From assembly GCF_044324785.1 (NCBI RefSeq), contig NZ_CP172127.1: 64,000 nt of DNA; one strand, 5' to 3'. Shown here one piece after another: positions 56,008-64,000 of this stretch. Position numbers and translations under genes: made by a program. Origin of the DNA: Escherichia coli. GTDB taxonomy: Bacteria; Pseudomonadota; Gammaproteobacteria; Enterobacterales; Enterobacteriaceae. Within the stretch, counting starts at the first letter, position 1. Each line of letters opens with the position of its first letter. Under the pieces are notes generated by a model. That model saw nothing but the letters and a program-made list of their open reading frames with translations. It made no database searches and had not been told where the DNA came from.

Positions 56008-56661
56008 TTATCGCAGTTTGTTGTAATTTTCTGACCACTGCGCCATATCCAGAACAGAACTATCAGCAGGAACATCCTGGAGATCGTGCGTTACCTGAAC
56101 GACGGGGATCGCCAGGGCGCGAACTTCGCTAAATACCCACTGGCGAAAATTATCGCGCAGAGCTACATCAAGACGGCTGAATGGCTCATCCAGTAGCAAC
56201 GCTTTTGGCTGAGCGAGAAGAGCGCGAAGCAGAGCAACGCGCGCTCGCTGACCACCGGACAGAGTAGCAGGATCCTGATGGAACATACCGCCAAGCCCCG
56301 CACGCTCCAGCGCATCATTTACCGCATCGCGCCTTGCAATACCTTTGAGTGCCGCTGGCAGAGCCAGCAGTAAATTTTGCCCGACGCTGAACTGGTCAAA
56401 TAACAGTGCATCCTGGAAAAGAATGCCAATCTGACGCTCTGCGGTGGGTAGCATGTCAATCCGTTGCTCATTGAGCCATAGCTCACCTGTACAAGAAAAC
56501 TGTCCGGCCAGCGCACCAATCATCCATGAAAACAGAGTGGATTTTCCACAGCCAGACGGCCCCATTAACGTGACAATGTCACATTTATCCACCGTAAAGT
56601 TAACGTTTGTCAGCAAGCAGCTTTCTGGTAAACGTAGCGAAACATTTTTCACGCAGAGCAT
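56008..56661 (-). CDS. ynjD: ABC transporter ATP-binding protein YnjD
   Basis: 217 aa from ATG 56661; Walker A GPSGCGKST and ABC signature LSGGQRAR. Confidence 0.85.
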   Translation of the reverse strand: MLCVKNVSLRLPESCLLTNVNFTVDKCDIVTLMGPSGCGKSTLFSWMIGALAGQFSCTGELWLNEQRIDMLPTAERQIGILFQDALLFDQFSVGQNLLLALPAALKGIARRDAVNDALERAGLGGMFHQDPATLSGGQRARVALLRALLAQPKALLLDEPFSRLDVALRDNFRQWVFSEVRALAIPVVQVTHDLQDVPADSSVLDMAQWSENYNKLR

Positions 56662-58196
56662 TAGCGGAGTCCTTGTCTGACATAACCTACCCATTTTGCG
56701 ACTAACGCGGTCAGGGCAAAAATAATAAGCGGTAATAGCAGTTGCCATAAAGCCTGGGCGGCGAGAATACCGTTGCTGCCGCCGCTGCTTAATGCCACCG
56801 CTTCAGTGGTGAGCGTCGGAAAACGCCCCGCGCCCAGCCACAGCGTCGGCATATACTGTGCAATACTGACTGAAAATCCCACCGCGAAGGCAATCAGCGT
56901 AGGGCGTAGCATAAGCGGACATTTCACGTAAAAGAAGATTTTGGACTGCGACCAGCCCAGTGTTTGCGCAATCAAAATTAACCGTGAATCAATGCGCTGC
57001 CAGGCGGGTTGCAGGATAAACAGCATCCACGGCATTACCCACAGCAGATGCCCCCAGACCACCGCCGTCCAGCTTCCATCCAGGTTTAGCCATAGAGCCA
57101 GCGTGTACTGGCCCGCCACCAGTGGCAGAGCGGGTAATAAAATGGGCAACCATAGCCACAACTGGCGACGCTGTGGCCCCCATTCCAGCCACAGCAGTAA
57201 CAGGAGCAAAGCGATGAATGTCGCCACCAGCCCCATTGTCAGGCTGTTGATGAGCGCTTCACTATTGATCGTCGACTGATCCGCGAGGATCGCCAGCAGA
57301 ACCACACACAGCACACCGGTCAAGGGTAAAAAACTCGCCAGCGTATTGCCTGGCAATAAAGACGTGGCAGGCTTACGAACGCCATCTACGCGGGGAATAT
57401 TACGCCGCCAGCCACGCCATAGCAGATAGCCCAGCAAAACGTAGGCGGCGAGTAACAGCATCAGCAGCAGGCTGGCGAGTGCGCCTTTCGCTTGTTGATC
57501 GGCGTCGCCCTGAGTTAACCACTGCCAGCTAATTACTGCCAGCGTCGGTGGATTACCTGGCCCAAGAATAATCGCCACATCCACGACCGACAGCGACCAG
57601 GCAACAATCGCCAGCATCGCCATTGCTAATGCAGGCGCGACGGAGGGCAACAGCAGCCAGTTCAGGCATTGCCAGCGGCTGTAGCCCAGCGAATCCAGCA
57701 CAATGACCTGCTGCAATAGCCGTTTTTCGCTCAATACTGCCGCTAAGATCCACAGCAGAAATGCGCTTTCTTTCACCGCCAGGGTGAGGCCCAGCCCAAT
57801 ACCCAATTTATCCATTGGCGGAGTGAAATATGGGAAATAGTCATAAAGCAGCCCTCCGTCAGCAAAGAGCAGAAGGGTGCTGGTGGCAAAAGCCACATGG
57901 GGAATGGCGAGCAGCCACGGCAGACGGGCGCACATACGCTGCCATTTCGGCCCAGGCCACAGCGCCACAATCACCAGCAGGGCAATCAACAACGCCCCGA
58001 CCGCCGCGATGGTTGTCGACACCAGCGTTGCCAGTAATGCCTGCGGTAACTGTGGATCGGCAAATAACGTCTGCCAGTGTGTCAACGACAAAGCAGGCGA
58101 TATCAGCGTGAGAGCTGCCGGGATCAGCGGTGCATAAATCACCGCCACCATCGCCCACAGCAAAAAGATTAATGCGTACCGTAACGGTGTAGCCAT
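56661..58196 (-). CDS. ynjC: ABC transporter permease YnjC (fused double permease)
   Basis: 511 aa from ATG 58196; about 12 TM segments; stop overlaps the ynjD start by 1 nt. Confidence 0.85.
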   Translation of the reverse strand: MATPLRYALIFLLWAMVAVIYAPLIPAALTLISPALSLTHWQTLFADPQLPQALLATLVSTTIAAVGALLIALLVIVALWPGPKWQRMCARLPWLLAIPHVAFATSTLLLFADGGLLYDYFPYFTPPMDKLGIGLGLTLAVKESAFLLWILAAVLSEKRLLQQVIVLDSLGYSRWQCLNWLLLPSVAPALAMAMLAIVAWSLSVVDVAIILGPGNPPTLAVISWQWLTQGDADQQAKGALASLLLMLLLAAYVLLGYLLWRGWRRNIPRVDGVRKPATSLLPGNTLASFLPLTGVLCVVLLAILADQSTINSEALINSLTMGLVATFIALLLLLLWLEWGPQRRQLWLWLPILLPALPLVAGQYTLALWLNLDGSWTAVVWGHLLWVMPWMLFILQPAWQRIDSRLILIAQTLGWSQSKIFFYVKCPLMLRPTLIAFAVGFSVSIAQYMPTLWLGAGRFPTLTTEAVALSSGGSNGILAAQALWQLLLPLIIFALTALVAKWVGYVRQGLR

Positions 58197-59338
58197 TCTT
58201 GTTCCAGCGCATTTACCCAACCTGCGTGCGGTTCAGCCAGTACCGGCGGCAGATCTTGCGGCATTCTTGATTGCAATGTTTCGCGCTGCCCATCAGGCAG
58301 TTTTTGCGGATCGAGAACAGAAGGATCGCCCCAGACAGCGGGATCTGCTTTACGCAATTGCGCATCGGGTGAGAGCAAGAAATTGGCAACTACCTTCGCC
58401 GCAGCACTGGCATTCGCGTTGGCAGGAATGGTGACGAAATGCACGTTGCCAATCATCCCCTCGCGAAAGCCAAAACTGTAACTGCTTGCAGGCAAATCGC
58501 CGCTGGCGATTTTTTGCTGCGCATGCGCGGGGTTAAAGGTCAGCGACAGGCGCAATGTGCCGGCTTTCAGCAGAGCATCCATCCGCGCGGGCGAAGGCGG
58601 GAAATCCTTTCCTTCGCGCCATAAATACGGATGCAGCGTATCAAGATATTGCCACAAGGGCGCAGTGACACGGGCGAAAGTCGCATCGTCCGGCGCTTCT
58701 TTTAATGCTGTGGGATCTGGCGTTAGCATAATCAGCAACTGTTCAAGAAACGCCGTGCCGGTAAAGTCCGGTGGGCGCGGATAGGTAACCGTGCCGGGAT
58801 TGGCTTTAGCAAACTCCAGTAAGGCTTGCGGCGTTTGTGGTGGCTGTGGCGTAACATCGCGGCGGGCGATAAATGTCAGTTGTGCGCCACCCCAGGGCGA
58901 TTCAGCCCCTTCTGTAGGCACTGAAAAATCTTCCCGCACCGGCAGCTGTGTGTCGACATAGCGCCAGTTGGGCAGAGTCTCCGCCCAGCCCGTTTGTAAT
59001 AAATTGGCCTCTTTTAAGGTGCGGAAGTTTTCGCCGTTCACCCAGAGCAGATCCACCGAGCCGCCCGTTTTACGTCCGGCAGCAGCTTCGGTCTGAATGC
59101 GCTTCACCGCGTCTGCGGCATCCGCGAGACGAACAATCTTCAGGTTTATAGCGTAATGGGTTTTCATCTCGCCGCTAACCCAGTCGAGATAGCGGTTAAT
59201 TGCGGTATCGCCGCCCCAGGCGTTAAACCATACGGTTTGTCCTTTGGCCTCATTTTTTATTTCCTGCCAGTCACTGGCATGTGTTGCCAAAGAAAACAGC
59301 GATAACAATCCCAGCAACCACCCACAATGGCGCATCAT
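58169..59338 (-). CDS. ynjB: ABC transporter periplasmic substrate-binding protein YnjB
   Basis: About 388 aa; signal peptide MMRHCGWLLGLLSLFSLATHA; 3' end overlaps the ynjC start by 28 nt. Confidence 0.85.
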   Translation of the reverse strand: MMRHCGWLLGLLSLFSLATHASDWQEIKNEAKGQTVWFNAWGGDTAINRYLDWVSGEMKTHYAINLKIVRLADAADAVKRIQTEAAAGRKTGGSVDLLWVNGENFRTLKEANLLQTGWAETLPNWRYVDTQLPVREDFSVPTEGAESPWGGAQLTFIARRDVTPQPPQTPQALLEFAKANPGTVTYPRPPDFTGTAFLEQLLIMLTPDPTALKEAPDDATFARVTAPLWQYLDTLHPYLWREGKDFPPSPARMDALLKAGTLRLSLTFNPAHAQQKIASGDLPASSYSFGFREGMIGNVHFVTIPANANASAAAKVVANFLLSPDAQLRKADPAVWGDPSVLDPQKLPDGQRETLQSRMPQDLPPVLAEPHAGWVNALEQEWLHRYGTH

Positions 59339-59344
59339 CTCTCC

Positions 59345-59893
59345 TTAAGAACGTTTTTCAGGAATACGGCACAGCCCCTGAGCGGGAATGTCCATGGCAG
59401 AATTAAAACGAGCCGACAGGTTTTGCAGGCCGATCAATGCCGTCAGTTCGGTGAGCGCCTGGGCGTCAAAATGCGCAGCCAGTCGGGTACGCAGGGCATC
59501 ATCGACCGTTGGCGGCGTTACGCTTGCGGCTTCGGCGTACTCCAGCGCCAGCCGTTCTTCATCGCTAAAGAGCGGGCTTTGCCGCCAGTCAGCCACTGCC
59601 AGCAGTTTATCGGTGCTGCCAGTGCGCTCGGCGACTTTCATACTGGTGATATCCACGCAAAACTCACACAGACACATTTGCGCAATGCGCGCGCTGACAA
59701 GCGATCGCACTACCGGATCCAGCGGTGAGCGTTTGCGCTCCAGCCAGCCGACAAACATCGACACCAGATAAAAGATAAACGGGATCCGCCCCCACCAGCG
59801 AATCGGGCTTAGCACCTCGCCGTAATGGCGACGATGCAGCCACGCCTGCGGACGTAAAATGAAAGGAATTTTGCTAAGCGGCGGTAAACCCAT
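59345..59893 (-). CDS. ynjA: carboxymuconolactone-decarboxylase/AhpD-like protein YnjA
   Basis: 182-aa ORF with Cys pair CLCEFC characteristic of AhpD-like proteins. Confidence 0.8.
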   Translation of the reverse strand: MGLPPLSKIPFILRPQAWLHRRHYGEVLSPIRWWGRIPFIFYLVSMFVGWLERKRSPLDPVVRSLVSARIAQMCLCEFCVDITSMKVAERTGSTDKLLAVADWRQSPLFSDEERLALEYAEAASVTPPTVDDALRTRLAAHFDAQALTELTALIGLQNLSARFNSAMDIPAQGLCRIPEKRS

Positions 59894-60600
59894 CAGGCAT
59901 TCCTCTTCTGGCGCTCAAGCCATATTTTCTTCGCCATAAAAATCACCACGGTCAGGGCAAACAGAATAAACAGTCCGGTGACAAACCAGAAAGTACCGCC
60001 TGTTAACATGCTGCCCGCCCAGGAATAAACAATAGTCGCCGGTAACTGACCAAGCCCGGTGGCGATAAAAAACGAGCGAAAACGTATTGAAGTCAAACCG
60101 GCAGCATAGCTGATTGGATCGAAAGGGACAAAAGGCAATAACCGACATACCAGGATGGTGTGTTTGCCGTAGCGAGTGAAAAAGCCGTCCATACTCTCAA
60201 GCACGGTCTTGCCGGTTAATTTTTCCACCACTTCGCGGCCCATCACTCTGGCGATAAAAAAGCACAGCGCCGCGCCGGCCATCGAACTGGTCCACGACAG
60301 CAAGCCACCCCAGAACGCGCCAAACAGCGACGCATTGGCAAAGGTGATCAAAAACGCAGGTAGCGGTGCAGCAATGGCCTGTAAAATCATCAACAAGAAC
60401 GATACAACTGCCGCTAGTGCGCCGTAAGACTGAATAAAGCGTTCTATACCCTGTTGGTCCACGGCGGCAAACGCCGTAACGCTGCGATTGATAAACTCAT
60501 GGACGCCGGGAAGCAGCGCCCATGCCAGCAGCATAGCGAACAACAGGATGATGAGGGTTATACGGTAGTACCAGATTTTTCGCGATTGCATCTTCATCAT
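59893..60600 (-). CDS. ydjZ: TVP38/TMEM64 (DedA-related) membrane protein YdjZ
   Basis: 235-aa multi-TM ORF; stop overlaps the ynjA start (ATGA). Confidence 0.8.
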   Translation of the reverse strand: MMKMQSRKIWYYRITLIILLFAMLLAWALLPGVHEFINRSVTAFAAVDQQGIERFIQSYGALAAVVSFLLMILQAIAAPLPAFLITFANASLFGAFWGGLLSWTSSMAGAALCFFIARVMGREVVEKLTGKTVLESMDGFFTRYGKHTILVCRLLPFVPFDPISYAAGLTSIRFRSFFIATGLGQLPATIVYSWAGSMLTGGTFWFVTGLFILFALTVVIFMAKKIWLERQKRNA

Positions 60601-60614
60601 CCTTTATCCTGGCT

Positions 60615-61292
60615 TTATTCGGTGATTTTAAAGGTAACCGTTGCCAGCGTGTTATCCGCCGGGAGAACCGAGGCATTGCCTTTGAATTTCACTTCGCCGC
60701 GTTTTTCCACCGCACCATAAGTGTATGTTGCATTGCTGACGATGCCGACCGGGCAGCTATCCAGACACACCAGGCAACCCGTTTTCTTCTCTTCTGCTGC
60801 CGTTAAATTACCGCCAAAGCGCATGTCCAGTTTCTTGCCATTACTGTCAACAATCACTTCATCGAAGGAATACGCTTTTGCCGCCCCTTGCCAGTTGACC
60901 GAAATATCCAGTTTGCTGCCTGTGACATGAGTCGTTTCTTTATTATCCATCGTCATGTTTTCGCCCGGCGTACCACCTGCCTCTTTCAGGGCTTCATAAA
61001 ATGCTTTCGGGGTCGCATAACCCATAAACAGCGATTTATGTCCGTTGGAGCCATCTTTAAACACAATACCGTGACGAGTGTCGTCGGTGAGGAAACGACC
61101 ATTAATTTGCACCAGCATGGTTACCGTATGGTTATTAGCATCGACACGCAGCGGTTGGCTGTTCGAAAGTCCGTCGTATTCCACTTTTGCCGCCGCATTC
61201 TCTTGTTGATCGCAGCCGCTAAGCCCAGCAACAGCCAGTAAACAGAGTGCAGCCAGTCCTTTTTTCCATGACACTGAATAATGTTGCAACAT
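60615..61292 (-). CDS. ydjY: secreted/lipoprotein-like protein YdjY
   Basis: 225 aa from ATG 61292 (MLQHYSVSWKKGLAALCLLAVAGLSGC, lipobox LSGC); track ORF extended by 54 codons. Confidence 0.8.
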   Translation of the reverse strand: MLQHYSVSWKKGLAALCLLAVAGLSGCDQQENAAAKVEYDGLSNSQPLRVDANNHTVTMLVQINGRFLTDDTRHGIVFKDGSNGHKSLFMGYATPKAFYEALKEAGGTPGENMTMDNKETTHVTGSKLDISVNWQGAAKAYSFDEVIVDSNGKKLDMRFGGNLTAAEEKKTGCLVCLDSCPVGIVSNATYTYGAVEKRGEVKFKGNASVLPADNTLATVTFKITE

Positions 61293-61296
61293 CGTT

Positions 61297-62007
61297 CTAT
61301 CCTTCATTTTTTGGGTGAGAAAGTGGGCTGCGGCGAGAAGCAGACAGATCCACATGTTTGTGTCGGGCGTAGAGTTTTGCGAGCTGGACGAGAATAAACA
61401 GCGCCAGGCCCGCCAGACAGAGTTGTAAAATAAAGCGCAGCGTAATGCCTTCATTGGCGAGATCGCTTGCCATCACGGTATAAATAACAATACCGGGCAG
61501 GGTCGTGAGTGCCGAAATAAGGGTATAAGGCCAGAAGGCGATTGTGGTTAATCCGTAAGCGTAATTTTGAATATTGTAAGGAAACAACGGGATTAAGCGG
61601 GTCAGAATAAGAAAATCAATACCGTTACGCGCAATGCCTTTTTCAATGGCCTGAAAGGTATGGCTATGGCCAACGTATTTCAGCAGTAAATCACGTCCCA
61701 GCCAGCGCGCCAGCAGGAATGAGCACGAGGAGGCCAGCGTGGCGGCAATTAATGATAGTAGTGTCCCTAAGAGCGGGCCAAAAACTATTCCTCCAGCGAT
61801 CACCAGTATGCTTCCTGGTAACAGAAAGAGGGTGGCAATGATGAATAACAGAATATAGAGGCTATAACCGAACAATCCGCTCTGGCGAATGAGTGTCAGT
61901 AAGTGAGGTAAATCGGTGAGCAGCTCGAATAAACCGAAAGCGTGGAAAGCGTAAATGACCAGCGCAAAAATAAGACAGGCAAACAGAAATTTACGCTCAG
62001 CGTTCAT
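61297..62007 (-). CDS. ydjX: TVP38/TMEM64 (DedA-related) membrane protein YdjX
   Basis: 236 aa from ATG 62007 (MNAERKFLFACLIFALV); paralogous in architecture to ydjZ. Confidence 0.8.
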   Translation of the reverse strand: MNAERKFLFACLIFALVIYAFHAFGLFELLTDLPHLLTLIRQSGLFGYSLYILLFIIATLFLLPGSILVIAGGIVFGPLLGTLLSLIAATLASSCSFLLARWLGRDLLLKYVGHSHTFQAIEKGIARNGIDFLILTRLIPLFPYNIQNYAYGLTTIAFWPYTLISALTTLPGIVIYTVMASDLANEGITLRFILQLCLAGLALFILVQLAKLYARHKHVDLSASRRSPLSHPKNEG

Positions 62008-62173
62008 TGTGGAGTTTCCTATATCAAACTTGATAATAGAGAAGTGGTCAGACAACTAAAAACGCAGTGACGGTATAACAAAGGGCGGCAGGCAACAAAT
62101 CATTACTGACAGTTTGTTGATTTTTCTCAAGGTTAATTCTCCTGACCCAGTTTGAGCCAGGAGAACAGCTAAA

Positions 62174-62980
62174 TTAGCGGCGGAAGGTCGCCCAGACGGG
62201 GGCGTGATCGGACGGTTTTTCCATGCTGCGGATTTCATAGTCGATGCCGGTTTCTACGCAACATTCTGCCAGCGGTTGGCTGGCGAGAAGCAGGTCGATA
62301 CGCAGACCGCGGTTATCGTCAAAACCTTTTGAGCGGTAATCAAACCATGAGAAACGATCGGCTGTTTGCGGATTCGCATGGCGGAAGGTATCGACCAACC
62401 CCCAGCTCATCAGTCTCTCCATCCATTCGCGTTCTTCAGGAAGGAAAGAGCATTTTCCGGTACGCAGCCAGCGCTTACGGTTCTCTTCGCCAATGCCAAT
62501 ATCCAGGTCGCCAGGACTGATATTCATATCGCCCATAATCAGCACCGGATTTTCACGCTTGAGTTCGGTTTCCAGGTAGTTTTGCAGATTCTGATAAAAC
62601 TGCGCCTTTGCCGGGAATTTTATCGGATGGTCGCGGCTTTCACCCTGCGGGAAGTAACCGTTGATCACGGTAACATTGCCCAGCGTCGAGGGGATTTCAG
62701 CCATAATAATTCGCCGTTGCGCCTCTTCGTCATCACCCGGAAAACCGCGACGCACGGCAATCGGCGTCTCTTTGGTCAGCAGCGCCACGCCATAATGGCC
62801 TTTCTGCCCGTGATAAAACACGTTGTAGCCGAGCTTCGCCACCTCTTCGAGCGGAAACATATCGTCATGAACTTTTGTCTCCTGCAGGCCAATCACATCC
62901 GGTTGGTGCTTTTCGACGATGGCTTCAAGCTGGTGAGGTCTGGCGCGCAGGCCGTTGATATTAAAAGAGACAAATTTCAT
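62174..62980 (-). CDS. xthA: exodeoxyribonuclease III
   Basis: 268 aa from ATG 62980 ([18 protein letters not shown]); AP-endonuclease fold. Confidence 0.9.
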   Translation of the reverse strand: MKFVSFNINGLRARPHQLEAIVEKHQPDVIGLQETKVHDDMFPLEEVAKLGYNVFYHGQKGHYGVALLTKETPIAVRRGFPGDDEEAQRRIIMAEIPSTLGNVTVINGYFPQGESRDHPIKFPAKAQFYQNLQNYLETELKRENPVLIMGDMNISPGDLDIGIGEENRKRWLRTGKCSFLPEEREWMERLMSWGLVDTFRHANPQTADRFSWFDYRSKGFDDNRGLRIDLLLASQPLAECCVETGIDYEIRSMEKPSDHAPVWATFRR

Positions 62981-63102
62981 AGTCGCTGCCATTTATTCAG
63001 ATAAAGAGTGCGTGGATGGTAGCAGAATTTCGCTTTGCGTACCGCCTGTTGTTAAGTGATTTGATCGATGGTTGTTAATGATGTCAACGATGGCGCAAAA
63101 AA

Positions 63103-63139
63103 TGCCCGCTTTTGGTGCGCGCTGCGTCAGAATGGCGCA
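63103..63139. promoter_or_regulatory. two adjacent NtrC-like enhancer sites upstream of astC
   Basis: TGCGTCAGAATGGCGCA (63123-63139) matches TGCACC-N5-GGTGCA at 13 of 17 positions; weaker TGCCCGCTTTTGGTGCG at 63103-63119; about 200 bp before the sigma54 promoter. Confidence 0.45.
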
Positions 63140-63337
63140 GTAATTTCCAGTAAATTTCGTCAATGATCACAATTCCAGAATTATATTTTACTTCTGCATA
63201 ACATTACGTTTTTTATTCTTTTTATTCACCCACATCGCAAACGTATTCACTTTATATGCACTTTAAATGCATATGGTTTGGTTATAACTCCTTGATTTCC
63301 AGTTAGCCTCCGCCGTTTATGCACTTTTATCACTGGC

Positions 63338-63353
63338 TGGCACGAACCCTGCA
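63338..63353 (+). promoter_or_regulatory. sigma54 promoter of the ast operon
   Basis: TGGCACGAACCCTGCA matches TGGCACG-N4-TTGCA with correct spacing, about 70 bp before the astC ATG. Confidence 0.7.
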
Positions 63354-63389
63354 ATCTACATTTACAGCGCAAACATTACTTATTATTAA

Positions 63390-64000
<611 letters not shown>

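Overview
This 64-kb window reads as one contiguous, syntenic stretch of Escherichia coli K-12-like chromosome, running from yoaB to the 5' end of astC in reverse orientation relative to the usual map. About 75 protein-coding genes are recognisable from the six-frame translations by conserved N-termini and catalytic motifs. Many track ORFs are upstream-extended, so starts were trimmed to the conserved N-terminus and the matching start codon in the sequence. Three known small-protein genes too short for the ORF track (yoaI, yoaJ, yoaK) were found by direct reading. I saw no rRNA or tRNA genes, no CRISPR array, no prophage or integrase, and no obvious compositional island. The only mobile element is one complete IS5 (1195 bp, TTAG target duplication) inserted in the 3' end of the MFS transporter gene ydjE, which truncates it. 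Regulatory signals readable from sequence include a LexA box before yoaA, FadR operators before fadD, sigma54 promoters before yeaG and astC, a CRP-like site near gapA/msrB, an NsrR-like operator before yeaR, and several intrinsic terminators and REP-like palindromes. I could not support the presence of a wholly new system: every long ORF not assigned to a gene is an antisense shadow of a known gene. The least characterised loci, and the best places to look for new biology, are the co-directional xthA-ydjXYZ-ynjABCD array with the rhodanese ynjE, the ydjLKJIHG-ydjF-ydjE sugar-catabolic cluster, and the yeaGH kinase module. All gene identities come from recognising the translated sequences and motifs, not from a database search; coordinates of starts were checked by codon arithmetic against the ORF track.
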